The notes: generated by a model not told the origin, from the letters alone. 64,000 nucleotides of DNA from an uncultured Solirubrobacterales bacterium (GCA_963810015.1 CAWEMC010000019.1:3530-67529); one strand, 5' to 3'. Positions 1 to 9,006 are shown, numbered from the stretch's first letter. Program-made: numbers and translations.

Positions 1-2
1 AC

Positions 3-344
3 CGCTTCTACCAGCTGGTTGCCCGCCACTACCGCGAGACGTTCGACACGGCCCGGGCGGCGAAGCTCGAAGTCGAGTGGTGGCGGGTGCACCGCGAGCA
101 CCAGCGCGGGTCCGAGACGAGCGTGCTGCCGCTCGTCGACGCGCTGACCACGCTCTATGCCCACGTGTACGGGGCCTCGGAATCGGAAGTGCGGCGGGCG
201 GCGGAACAGCGAGCGCTGGCGATGGATTACTCGGACCGGTGGGTGGAGGAGGGGTGCGACCTGGACAGCCCTCTGATCCCCGAGGAACGAGCAGCGCTCG
301 TGCGCTCCTACGCCGCGTTGCTGGCGGCGGTTTACTGGCCGTAA
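3..344 (+). CDS. Hypothetical helical protein, 5'-truncated by the window edge
   Basis: Open frame from position 3 (RFYQLVARHYRETFD...LEVEWWRVHREHQR...AAVYWP) to TAA at 342-344; GC-rich third positions. Confidence 0.7.
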   Translation, partial: RFYQLVARHYRETFDTARAAKLEVEWWRVHREHQRGSETSVLPLVDALTTLYAHVYGASESEVRRAAEQRALAMDYSDRWVEEGCDLDSPLIPEERAALVRSYAALLAAVYWP

Positions 345-362
345 TTGGGCGGCGGGCCAGGG

Positions 363-743
363 CTGTGGACTCCTGGCCGCCACCGGCAAGCGGTCCGCTT
401 GGTAAACGGCGCAGGGAAGGAGGGTGGGTGAGGGTGGTCGCGGGTCGCCCGAGCCCGCGGTCGACCTCCTTTGGTGCCGAAACCCGCGACTTTGTGGCGA
501 GAGTGTTACGGGAAACCTGCACAGCACGACAACCGGCGCCAGGTCCGAGCCCTGTCGTATTACGCATGCTCTTCATGCATAGCTCGACAGGCCTCGCCAT
601 CTGGGGCGGACTTGTCGTGCTATGCAGGTTTTGGACGGGTCCGATGGCGCCACTCCCCTCCCCTTCTCCCCAGCGCCGTTTACCGAGCCGACCGCCCGCC
701 GCGGCCGCGAGGGCGCCGGCGCCCGCGGGCCGAGAGTCGACAG
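363..743. repeat. Nested-palindrome intergenic element, copy 1 (longest, with outer inverted repeats)
   Basis: IR layers: ctgtggactc 363-372 / gagtcgacag 734-743; cggtccgcttggtaaacggcgcaggg from 391 / cccagcgccgtttaccgagccgaccg to 694; aaacctgcacagcacgacaa 513-532 / ttgtcgtgctatgcaggttt 612-631; inner 553-566 / 576-589. Lies between convergent genes. Confidence 0.9.
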
Positions 744-747
744 AGAA

Positions 748-1689
748 CTAGTCCCCGGCTGAGCGGAGCAGATCGTTCAGCGTCGCCACATCGTCGTCCG
801 ACGGCTCCCAGTCGGCGGCCGCGACGTTGGCGCGGACCTGGTCCGGCTTGGTGGCGCCGGCTATGACCGATGAGATCACGGGCCGAATCAGCAGACCGCC
901 GATGGCGACGTCGAGGAGCGATACGTCGCGCTGCTCGGCGTACACCTCGAGCAGTTCGAGCAAATCGAATTGCTCGTCTGTGGCGATCGTCTCCCGCGAA
1001 GACAGCCTTGCTCCCTCGGGTCCGGGCTCGGCGCGTCGATACTTTCCGGTCAGCAGCCCGGAGGCCAGCGGGAAGAAGGGGACGAAGCCAAGGTCGAGCC
1101 GTTCGCACGTCGGGAGCACCTCACGCTCGGCGTCACGGACCAGCAGGCTGTACTGGTTCTGGATCGCCTCGAACCGAGCGAAGCCGTGCTCCAGCGCAAC
1201 GGCCTCTGCCTCCTCGATCTGCTCGGCGCTGAAGTTGGACGCGCCGATCGCGCGGACCGTTCCGGCGCGGACGAGCTCGTCGAGCGTCGCCAGCGTCTCG
1301 GCGATCGGCGTCACGCCGTCGGGCTGGTGGTACCAGTAGAAATCGATCAAGTCGGTTCGAAGCCGTCGAAGCGACCCCTCGATGGCCTGGCGGATGTATT
1401 CGGGGGAGCCGCGTGGGCCTTTCCCGTCGCCCATGTCCATGCCGAACTTCGTGGCCAGGACGACCTGATCGCGGCGCCCCTCCAGGACTTGGCCCAGGTA
1501 TTCCTCGCTGAGGCCGCGCCCATAGATGTCGGCAGTGTCGAAGAACGTGATGCCCGCGTCCAGCGCCGCGTCAACGACGGCTCGCGTCGCCTCCAGGTCG
1601 ATCCGGCGGCCGAAGTTGTTGCCTCCGAGACCGAGCACCGACGCTTCGAGCCCGGAGCGGCCGAGAGGGCGGGTTGCGAGATTGGTCAC
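748..1689 (-). CDS. Aldo/keto reductase
   Basis: LGLGGNNFG, FFDTADIYG, LATKFG, YWYHQPD, IGASNF, IQNQYSLL, PFFPLASGLLTGKY motifs. Confidence 0.95.
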   Translation of the reverse strand: MTNLATRPLGRSGLEASVLGLGGNNFGRRIDLEATRAVVDAALDAGITFFDTADIYGRGLSEEYLGQVLEGRRDQVVLATKFGMDMGDGKGPRGSPEYIRQAIEGSLRRLRTDLIDFYWYHQPDGVTPIAETLATLDELVRAGTVRAIGASNFSAEQIEEAEAVALEHGFARFEAIQNQYSLLVRDAEREVLPTCERLDLGFVPFFPLASGLLTGKYRRAEPGPEGARLSSRETIATDEQFDLLELLEVYAEQRDVSLLDVAIGGLLIRPVISSVIAGATKPDQVRANVAAADWEPSDDDVATLNDLLRSAGD

Positions 1690-1719
1690 GGCGGGCTCTA
1701 TATCACAGGCTGGCGGGAT

Positions 1720-2583
1720 TCAGCTCGCCGCCGGCCGCCGGCAAACGACCAAGTCCTGCCACCCCGAAATCGCGCGCTCACGGACCTCGACCACGTCCAG
1801 CCACTGCGACCAGTGCCGACGCAAATACTCGCCACCGTGGAACGTCAGGCCGTATCGCCCACTGACCCCGGGCAGCTCGGACCGGTTCCAGAGCGACCGC
1901 GCGTAGGGCTCGAACACGAACTCACCGGGGCCCAGCGAACCCCGGGCGAACGCGTCGCTCCGGCACCAGCTGGTAGTGGCGTGGCCCGCCCTGAACTCGT
2001 CGAGAGCGTGGCGGCCGTGGACCGAGAGAAGCGCTGCCCCACCCGGCGCGAGGATCCGGCCGAGCTCCCGGAGCCATCGATCCTGCAACGCCTCGTCCAG
2101 GTGGCTGAACACGGAGATCGAGTAGACGAGATCGAAGCTCTCCTCGGCGTACGGCAGCGGGGGCTCGGAGCTGCTGAGCCCCCAGCTCAGCTCCGGCCGG
2201 TGGCGGGCGGCCCACGCGATCGCGCTCGGGTCGACGTCGCAGCCAAAGAAGCGGGCGTGCGGCGCCAGCGCCGCCACGTGTGGGAGCACCCGCCCCGACC
2301 CACAGCCGAAATCGAGCACGGCCCGCACACTGTCCATCGACAACCCGGCCGTCTGCACCCCGAGCGCCAGCTCGGCGGCGGCATCGCGACCCCCCTGCAC
2401 GAACTCCACGGCGCCGGGGGCACCGGTGCGCGCCCGCAGGCGGCGCGGGGGGAGCCGCGCATCCGTGGTCCCCCTCCCGTAGACGCCGGCGATCGCGAGG
2501 CGCGTTGCCTCGAGAAGCTCGACGGCGCGCTTGACCGCCCAGCCCGCCGCGAGGCGCGCGCGGGTCTCGGAAGTTCTCAGCAT
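1720..2583 (-). CDS. Class I SAM-dependent methyltransferase
   Basis: VLDFGCGSGR, FDLVYSISVFSHL, LAPGG; start taken at ATG 2583 (the upstream part of the 519-aa ORF overlaps other genes). Confidence 0.85.
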   Translation of the reverse strand: MLRTSETRARLAAGWAVKRAVELLEATRLAIAGVYGRGTTDARLPPRRLRARTGAPGAVEFVQGGRDAAAELALGVQTAGLSMDSVRAVLDFGCGSGRVLPHVAALAPHARFFGCDVDPSAIAWAARHRPELSWGLSSSEPPLPYAEESFDLVYSISVFSHLDEALQDRWLRELGRILAPGGAALLSVHGRHALDEFRAGHATTSWCRSDAFARGSLGPGEFVFEPYARSLWNRSELPGVSGRYGLTFHGGEYLRRHWSQWLDVVEVRERAISGWQDLVVCRRPAAS

Positions 2584-2601
2584 TGAAAGGATGGCGGCGG
2601 C

Positions 2602-2925
2602 ATGCTGGCAGACGAGCGCACGATCGCGGTTCGGAAGCGGTGCGAAGCGACGCTTCGCACGAACTGGCGCGAGGGCTCGCGAGCCGCCGATGGTGTGCGG
2701 TTCGCCTACACATGCCCCAGCCCGGGCTATTACCGGTGGCAGTGGTACTGGGACTCGTGCTTCACGGCGATCGCCTGGCGACACTTCGAGCCCGACCATT
2801 CGCGCCGCGAGCTCGAGTCTCTGCTGGCGGCGCAGTTTCGGGTGGTCGGCGCTGCTGATGGAGCTGGTCGACCCCGAACCGCGGGCGGCGCAGAGGACCT
2901 GGGCCGAGGGGCACCGGGAACCTAA
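2602..2925 (+). pseudogene. Internally deleted GH63/MGH1-like (alpha/alpha)6 glycoside hydrolase remnant
   Basis: N-terminal YTCPSPGYYRWQWYWDSCF...RRELESLLAAQ (to 2835) joined out of frame to a C-terminal-like FGWSALLMELVDPEP (from 2837). Confidence 0.7.
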
Positions 2926-3773
2926 CCGCCGGCGCGCCTGTACTCCGCGGCCGCCGCCGCGTAGCGGTCGAACGCCTCCTCGACCTCGTCGCGACCAGTC
3001 GCCGGAAGCCAGAACACGCTGCGGTGGACTCCCGCCCGTTCGAAGCGCTCGATGCGGTCCGGGTCGCGCGTCATGCCGACCATCGTGATCGGGATCGGAT
3101 CCCTGCCCGCCTCGCTCGCGCGCCGCGCCAGCTCCTCGAAGCGAGGAATGATCTCCCCCTCCTTGACCCGATTGGGCATCCACTCGTCCCCGTACGAGAG
3201 CACCCGATCGAGCACGTGCGGGCCGCTTCCGCCCACCAGCACCGGCGGATGGGGCTGCTGGACGGGCTTCGGCCAGCACCAGATCCTCTCGAAGCTTACG
3301 TACTTGCCCGCGTAGCTCGCCTCGTCTTCGGACCAGATCGCCTTCATCGCCTCGATTTGCTCGCGCATCAGCGCAAAGCGATGGGACGGGTCGGTCCCGT
3401 GGTTTCGCATCTCCTCGAGGTTCCAGCCGGCGCCGATGCCGAACAGGAACCGGCCGCCGGAGAGGCGATCGACGGACGCGACCTCCTTCGCGGTGACGAT
3501 CGGGTCACGCTCGATCACCAGGCAGATGCCCGTCCCGATGCGCAGGCGCTCGGTGGCGTCCGCCGCCGCCATCAGCGCGACGAACGGGTCGTAGGTGCGG
3601 CTGTACTCCGGCGGCAGCTCAGCGCCTCCGGGCCACGGCGACTCCCGGCTCGCTGGGATGTGCGTGTGCTCGGGGAAGAGCAGCGACTCGAAGCCGCGCT
3701 CCTCGGCCATCCGCGCGAGCTCGGCGGGATCAGGAACATCCTCGGTGGGGAAGATCGCCACTCCGAAATCCAT
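2922..3773 (-). CDS. LLM-class F420-dependent oxidoreductase (Rv2161c-like)
   Basis: FPEHTHIP, DPFVAL, IGTGICLV, AKEVASVDRLSGGRFLFGIGAGWN, PKPVQQPHPPVLVGG. Confidence 0.93.
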   Translation of the reverse strand: MDFGVAIFPTEDVPDPAELARMAEERGFESLLFPEHTHIPASRESPWPGGAELPPEYSRTYDPFVALMAAADATERLRIGTGICLVIERDPIVTAKEVASVDRLSGGRFLFGIGAGWNLEEMRNHGTDPSHRFALMREQIEAMKAIWSEDEASYAGKYVSFERIWCWPKPVQQPHPPVLVGGSGPHVLDRVLSYGDEWMPNRVKEGEIIPRFEELARRASEAGRDPIPITMVGMTRDPDRIERFERAGVHRSVFWLPATGRDEVEEAFDRYAAAAAEYRRAGG

Positions 3774-3780
3774 CGCTCCC

Positions 3781-3804
3781 ACCCTACCCAACAGTCGCTA
3801 ACGT
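3781..3804. promoter_or_regulatory. Back-to-back -10 hexamers for divergent, probably leaderless LLM and msrB transcripts
   Basis: Minus-strand TAGGGT (3781-3786) 7 nt before ATG 3773; plus-strand TAACGT (3799-3804) 6 nt before ATG 3811; intergenic only 37 bp. Confidence 0.6.
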
Positions 3805-3810
3805 AGAGGC

Positions 3811-4221
3811 ATGGCCGAAACACAGAGAGAGACGGAATTGACCGACGAGCAGTGGCGCGAGCGGCTGACTCCCGACCAGTACGAGGTGCTGCGCAAGCAC
3901 GGAACCGAGCGTCCGTTCACCGGTCGCTACGTGAACGTCAAGGACGATGGGACGTACCACTGCGCCGGATGCGGCGCCGAGCTCTTCAGCTCGGATACCA
4001 AGTTCGACTCTGGCACCGGCTGGCCGAGCTTCTACGAGCCCGCCGTCGCGGAGAACGTCGAGCTGCGGGAGGACCGCAGCCTGCTCATGACCCGTACCGA
4101 GGTGGTTTGTCGCCGCTGCGGCGGGCACCTGGGGCACGTGTTCGATGACGGTCCGGCCCCCACGGGCCTGAGGTACTGCATGAACTCGTGTGCGCTCGAC
4201 TTCAATCCGGACGCGGCTTAG
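3811..4221 (+). CDS. msrB: Peptide-methionine (R)-S-oxide reductase
   Basis: GTERPFTG, two CxxC Zn pairs, [28 protein letters not shown]. Confidence 0.97.
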   Translation: MAETQRETELTDEQWRERLTPDQYEVLRKHGTERPFTGRYVNVKDDGTYHCAGCGAELFSSDTKFDSGTGWPSFYEPAVAENVELREDRSLLMTRTEVVCRRCGGHLGHVFDDGPAPTGLRYCMNSCALDFNPDAA

Positions 4222-4828
4222 CTCCCTCGTCCCGCTCGAGTATCTGCCGCTCACGCCTGCGGAGCAGGACGTAGCCGGCGATCAGCATCACGACGAGCAG
4301 GACCGCCCCGGCGATGCCGACCTCCGACAGGACGCGGGCCGCTGACTTGCCGAGGAAGTAGCCGACGAGGCCGTAGGTGATCCCCCAGGTGATCGCGCCG
4401 AAGGCGTTCCAGAAGAAGAAGTACCTGAGCGGCATCCGGTTGATGCCCGCGAGCCACGCTGCCGCGACCCGCACCAACGCCACCCACCGGGCGAGGAATA
4501 CGGCCTTGCCGCCGTGCTTCTCGAAGAAACGATCGCCGTAGCGGATGATCAACAGCCGGCGCATGAAGAAGGGCCCCGGCGCCTCGAGCACCTCCCGTCC
4601 AAACCGCCGGCCGAGCGCGTACCCGATGTTGTCGCCGACGATCGCCGAGGTGATCCCGATGAGGATCACGAGCCAGATCTCCAGCTTGCCCTGGCTGGCG
4701 AGTACCGCGGCAGCGACGAGGGCCGTCTCCCCGGGCGACGGGACTCCCATGGACTCGAGCCCGATGATCGCTGGGAGTAGGTAGCCGAGTTTGCTCGAAA
4801 CGCTGACGAGCGCTGCTAGGGCAAGCAT
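4202..4828 (-). CDS. DedA family membrane protein
   Basis: [41 protein letters not shown]; ATG overlaps the upstream TGA (TGATG). Confidence 0.93.
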   Translation of the reverse strand: MLALAALVSVSSKLGYLLPAIIGLESMGVPSPGETALVAAAVLASQGKLEIWLVILIGITSAIVGDNIGYALGRRFGREVLEAPGPFFMRRLLIIRYGDRFFEKHGGKAVFLARWVALVRVAAAWLAGINRMPLRYFFFWNAFGAITWGITYGLVGYFLGKSAARVLSEVGIAGAVLLVVMLIAGYVLLRRRERQILERDEGAKPRPD

Positions 4829-5577
4829 CAACGACCCGGTGGGAGGAGGGGCTTCCTCATCACCGCCAGCAGCGACAGCCCGGCCGGCAGCGTCCCGCCC
4901 CGGGAGAGCCAGGTGGCCTCTAACCGGAGCGGGCGCTCGAGAGCAGCGTTGAGCCAGTCCGGACCGAGCTTGAGCTCGGGCGTGTAGGCCCCGTCGTTGC
5001 TGCGCCGCCGCTGGGCGACGCGAACCGCGGCCGCCGGGGCTAGCAGGACGGCGTTGAACGACGTCATGCGTTCCACGACCCATCCCGCCGCGACCGCGGC
5101 GAAGCGAAGGCTCGACCGGCTGTAGCGCCGATAGTGGTGATTGGCCTCATCGTGCAGAGACCACAGCGCCTGGTAGGCCGGGACCGTCACGAGCAGCCAC
5201 CCCCCCGGCTTGCAGACGCGTTGCAGCTCGCGCAGCGTGGCTCGATCGTCGGGCGTGTGTTCGATCACGTCGAGACACGTGATCAGATCGAACGTCGCGT
5301 CGTCCCAGGGAAGCTGCTCGAGACGGCCTATCTCGACATCGTGGCCGTAGCTGCGGGCGACGTCGGCGGCTTCGGGGTCGAGCTCGACGCCGCGGACCTC
5401 GCCGTAGTCGGCGAGCTCCTGGAGCGTCCGGCCAGAACCGCAGCCCGCGTCCAGCACGACTGCACCGGGCGGCAGCGCGAGACGATCGAGCTCGGCGCGG
5501 ATGATTCGCCGGCGCCCCCGATACCACCAATGATGCTCGTCGACCTCAAGCATCGCCTTCATCAGCCTCTGATCCAT
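4828..5577 (-). CDS. Class I SAM-dependent methyltransferase (HWWY.GRRRII type)
   Basis: VLDAGCGSG, FDLITCLDVIEH, KPGGWLLVTVPA, HHYRRY. Confidence 0.92.
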   Translation of the reverse strand: MDQRLMKAMLEVDEHHWWYRGRRRIIRAELDRLALPPGAVVLDAGCGSGRTLQELADYGEVRGVELDPEAADVARSYGHDVEIGRLEQLPWDDATFDLITCLDVIEHTPDDRATLRELQRVCKPGGWLLVTVPAYQALWSLHDEANHHYRRYSRSSLRFAAVAAGWVVERMTSFNAVLLAPAAAVRVAQRRRSNDGAYTPELKLGPDWLNAALERPLRLEATWLSRGGTLPAGLSLLAVMRKPLLPPGR

Positions 5578-5616
5578 TGAAGCTGATGCTGCCAGAAGGG
5601 CGGCCGCACGGCTGAC

Positions 5617-7194
5617 TCAGATCAGCAGTGGCTCTCCCTCGGGTGCCAGCGCAGTTGGCAGCCTGAGCGTGAACGTGGCTCCGCCGTCAGGTGGATCCTC
5701 GAGCACGAGCTCGCCGCCCATCCGACGTGCCAGCTCCCTCCCGATCGCCAGGCCCAGCCCGAATCCAGCCTGTCCGCCGGTCTCCCGACCTCGCTTGAAC
5801 CGCTCGAAGATGAGCTCCCGCTCCTCGATCGGCACGCCCGGTCCCTCATCGCAGACGCTCAGCGTGGCGCGATCGCCGTTTCGGAGCTCGACCCGGATAT
5901 GTGAGCCCTCCGGGCTGACGCGGACGGCGTTTTCCAGCAGGATCCGCAGGATCCGGGCGACGCTGCCGGGATCGCCCCAGCCCCATACCGGTCCTGCGGA
6001 ATCATCGAGGACCGACGCGAGCCCCCGCGCCGCGGTCCCGAGCTCGAACTCGGCGAGCACGGCGCGGCTGAGCTCCCCGAATTCGACGGGTTCGGAGCGG
6101 AGTTCGGTCTCGGCGTCGATCCGCGAGAGGTCGAGGAGGTCGGCTGCCAGCCGGCCGAGGCGGCGCGATTGCGCACGGGCCCGCGCAAGCAGGAGTCGCG
6201 CGTCCACGAGATCCGGGTCCTGTTCGCCGAGGTCATCGTCGAGCAGCTCGAGCATCCCCTCCAGCGAGGTCAGCGGCGTGCGCAGCTCGTGCGAAGCCGT
6301 GGCCACGAAGGCACGGCGGGCCTCCTCCTGCTGCTGGAGCCGGCGGCCCATGATCGTGAACGCCCGCGAGAGGTCGCCGACCTCGTCGCGGGTCCGGTCG
6401 ACGGGGACGTCGGTCGCCGGTCCGGACTGAGCCAGCTGGAGGGCCGCCTGGCTGAGGCGACGGAGCCGGCGGATCAGCCGGCCCGACAACGGGATCCCGA
6501 GGATCAGCGTCAGCGCCAGGCCGGCGAGCGCGGCGTACAGGAACGCCTTGCGCACTGCCGCCACGGCGGCGTTGACCTCGTCGAGTGGCTTGCGGACGGC
6601 CAGGACCCAATGCTGCGGGAACGTGTTGCCTCTTGCCGTGATGCCTTGGGTCGTGAACGGGATCGCGGCGCTGGCATACTGGACCCCGCCGATCGATCCG
6701 AGCGTGTACTTGGGGCTGTTCGTCTTGAACGCCGCTGCCGCGTCGTCGTAGGGGTCGACGCCCGCGGGGTTCGGCTCGGGCCAGGCGATGACGTTCGTGC
6801 CCAGACCAGACGTGTTTGCATTACCGAGTAGCAGCACGTCGGAGGCGCCGATCCGCTGTCCGACATCGCGCTCGTAGTTGTAGAGCTTGGCGCGCCTCGC
6901 CTTGATCAGCTTTATCGTCGCCGCGTCGAGCGACCGTTTCTTTCCGACGCCGCTCGCCTGGGACCCGGTCGCGGGGTAGCTCGCCTGGCCAATGTCCACG
7001 TTCTCGAAGGTCCGAGCGGAGCTCTTCGTCACCTGGTTTTGGAGCGTAATGAGCTCGGCGTGGCGCAGCGAATGCTCCAGGGGACCCAGCAACGCAGCTG
7101 CCGCCACGACCAGCGTCGTGACGGCCGTGACCAACATCACGCCGAGGATCCGGCCGCGCAGACCGAAACCAGCCCGCCGCGGACGCCATCTCAT
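5617..7194 (-). CDS. Membrane sensor histidine kinase (2 TM, HAMP, HisKA, HATPase)
   Basis: RDEVGDL HAMP, ASHELRTPL H-box, LLENA N-box, DEGPG, GFGLGLAI. Confidence 0.95.
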   Translation of the reverse strand: MRWRPRRAGFGLRGRILGVMLVTAVTTLVVAAAALLGPLEHSLRHAELITLQNQVTKSSARTFENVDIGQASYPATGSQASGVGKKRSLDAATIKLIKARRAKLYNYERDVGQRIGASDVLLLGNANTSGLGTNVIAWPEPNPAGVDPYDDAAAAFKTNSPKYTLGSIGGVQYASAAIPFTTQGITARGNTFPQHWVLAVRKPLDEVNAAVAAVRKAFLYAALAGLALTLILGIPLSGRLIRRLRRLSQAALQLAQSGPATDVPVDRTRDEVGDLSRAFTIMGRRLQQQEEARRAFVATASHELRTPLTSLEGMLELLDDDLGEQDPDLVDARLLLARARAQSRRLGRLAADLLDLSRIDAETELRSEPVEFGELSRAVLAEFELGTAARGLASVLDDSAGPVWGWGDPGSVARILRILLENAVRVSPEGSHIRVELRNGDRATLSVCDEGPGVPIEERELIFERFKRGRETGGQAGFGLGLAIGRELARRMGGELVLEDPPDGGATFTLRLPTALAPEGEPLLI

Positions 7195-7196
7195 CG

Positions 7197-7940
7197 CTAT
7201 GGCCCTCGCAGCCGGTAACCGGCGCCTCGAACGGTGAGGATGTATCGGGGCTTCTCGGGCTCGGGCTCGAGCTTCTCGCGAAGATGACGGATGTGCACGT
7301 CGATCGCCCGCGGATCACGATACGCGCTGTCGCCCCAGATCGCGCGCAACAGCTCTTGGCGGTTGAGCAACCGGCCAGGATCGGCCATCAGCGCGTCGAG
7401 GAGCTCAAACTCGGAGAACGTGAGGCGCACCGGAGTGCCATCCATTGTGACCTCTCGCTGGGCGCGGTCAAGCACGATCCCGCCGACGACCAGGACCTCG
7501 TCGCCCATCGCTCGGGTCCCGGCACGCCTGAGCACGGCCCGGATCCTGCTGCGCAGCTCGGCCAGCCCGAAAGGCTTCGTCACGTAGTCGTCCGCTCCGG
7601 CTTCCAGTCCGAGGACCGCATCGGCCTCCGAGTCGAGCGCGGTGAGCATGATGATCGGGACAACGTTGCGGCGGCCGCGCAGCGTGCGGCACACGTCGTA
7701 TCCGTCGGGTCCCGGTCCGAGGGCGACGTCGAGCAGGATGATGTCGAAATGATCGGTGCTGGCGCGGTCGATGGCAGCGCGACCATCCGCCACCGCCATC
7801 ACCTTGTGACCCTCCCGCGAGAAGGACCTCGTCAGCATTTCGCGGAGGTCGGACTCGTCGTCGACGACGAGGATGCTCAGCGAAGCATCGGCGCCCCGGC
7901 CCACCGGGGCCGGGGCGGATACGGAGCGTTCAAGGTGCAT
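7197..7940 (-). CDS. OmpR-family response regulator
   Basis: ILVVDDE, LLDVAL, IIMLTA, GADDYVTKPF, IDVHIRHLREKLE, TVRGAGY; start uncertain (7940 or 7964). Confidence 0.95.
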   Translation of the reverse strand: MHLERSVSAPAPVGRGADASLSILVVDDESDLREMLTRSFSREGHKVMAVADGRAAIDRASTDHFDIILLDVALGPGPDGYDVCRTLRGRRNVVPIIMLTALDSEADAVLGLEAGADDYVTKPFGLAELRSRIRAVLRRAGTRAMGDEVLVVGGIVLDRAQREVTMDGTPVRLTFSEFELLDALMADPGRLLNRQELLRAIWGDSAYRDPRAIDVHIRHLREKLEPEPEKPRYILTVRGAGYRLRGP

Positions 7941-7989
7941 ACACGCATCGATCGTAGCGACCAAGCTTTAGGCAAGCTACGCTTTCCTT

Positions 7990-9006
7990 ATGGGGAAGTG
8001 CCGTCGAAGCTGGCGTCGGCTCTTTGTGGCTTGCGCGCTCTCGGTCGCGGCCGCCGGGTGTGTGCCCGTGGCGGCGCTCGGAGCCACGGGCCCGCAGACC
8101 GGCGCTGTGACGAATGTGACGAGCACCTCCGCCGTGCTACACGGCGTGGCGACCGAGGGCGGTGCCGGGTCGCAGTGGTCCTTCCAGTACGGGACGACGA
8201 CCAATTACGGGAGCAGCACAACCCCAGCCCCGGTGACCTCGAGCGCTGAGGACGTGGCGGCGACCGTCACCGGGCTGTTGCCGGGCACGACGTATCACTA
8301 CCAGCTCGTCGTCGTCGGTGGCTACGGGCAACGAGCTGTCGGCAAGGATGCGACGTTCACGACCCTCGCCGCGCCTGGCAGCATCGCGACGACGGGTCAG
8401 GCGACCGGCGTCACCGGGACGTCCGCGGAGCTCAACGGGGTCGTGAATACGACCGATCCCGCGCCACAGTGGTTCTTCCAATACGGACAGACGCGCACCT
8501 ACGGTCACACCACGCCCGTCCATTCGATCGGTCAAGGACTGACCCTCGTGTCCGTCAAGGTCACCGGCCTGAAGCCACGGACGGCCTACCACTTCCGACT
8601 CGTCGTACGACAGTCGATGGCGCCCACTGCCGACGGCCACGATGGGTTCTTCAGGACGGCGACGTCTTACGGACACGCCACGGTCCGCAGCCATCGCGTG
8701 AAGGTCCGCCACGGCAGGGCGGCAATCTCCTTCACGTGCGCAGGCGTATCGGGGTCGCTGTGCGACGCCCACCTGTCGCTCACGACTCGCACCACGATCC
8801 ACAAGCACGCGACGTCTATCGGATGTGGCAGCGGCAAGCTCGCGATGACAGCGGTCCACCGCCGGGCCGTCTCGTTGAAGCTCGGCCCGCGCTGCGGTTC
8901 GCTGCTGCGCCGGGCCCGCCACGGCCAGCTTCGCGCCACGTTGACCGCGGTCTTCTCGACGCATCAGCGCCGCCTCCAGACCACCGTCATGCTGCTGAAG
9001 ACCTAG
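7990..9006 (+). CDS. Secreted protein with two fibronectin-III-like repeats and a basic C-terminal domain
   Basis: Signal-like N-terminus; repeated units (T..SA.L.G...W.FQYG.T..YG..T...GL.P.T.YH..LVV); TACGCT 6 nt before the ATG. Confidence 0.8.
   Translation: MGKCRRSWRRLFVACALSVAAAGCVPVAALGATGPQTGAVTNVTSTSAVLHGVATEGGAGSQWSFQYGTTTNYGSSTTPAPVTSSAEDVAATVTGLLPGTTYHYQLVVVGGYGQRAVGKDATFTTLAAPGSIATTGQATGVTGTSAELNGVVNTTDPAPQWFFQYGQTRTYGHTTPVHSIGQGLTLVSVKVTGLKPRTAYHFRLVVRQSMAPTADGHDGFFRTATSYGHATVRSHRVKVRHGRAAISFTCAGVSGSLCDAHLSLTTRTTIHKHATSIGCGSGKLAMTAVHRRAVSLKLGPRCGSLLRRARHGQLRATLTAVFSTHQRRLQTTVMLLKT

Noticed and set aside
513-631. Possible CRISPR mini-array from the recurring 14-bp motif
   Set aside because: Motifs alternate in orientation, are too short, spacers are similar between loci, and no cas genes are present.
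77-751. ORFs crossing the palindromic element (77-751, 471-866, 5' part of 52495-53403, 60942-61436) share peptide text such as LRMLFMHSSTGLAI
   Set aside because: The similarity comes from the DNA repeat. Copies differ by 2- and 7-nt indels that break the frame, so a conserved peptide is unlikely.
970-2586. Long alternative-frame ORFs (e.g. 970-2586 +, 10765-11982 -, 27076-28521 -, 47209-48984 +, 53336-55024 -)
   Set aside because: Shadow ORFs typical of high-GC DNA. They overlap genes with clear motifs and are Arg/Pro/Gly-rich with no recognisable family.
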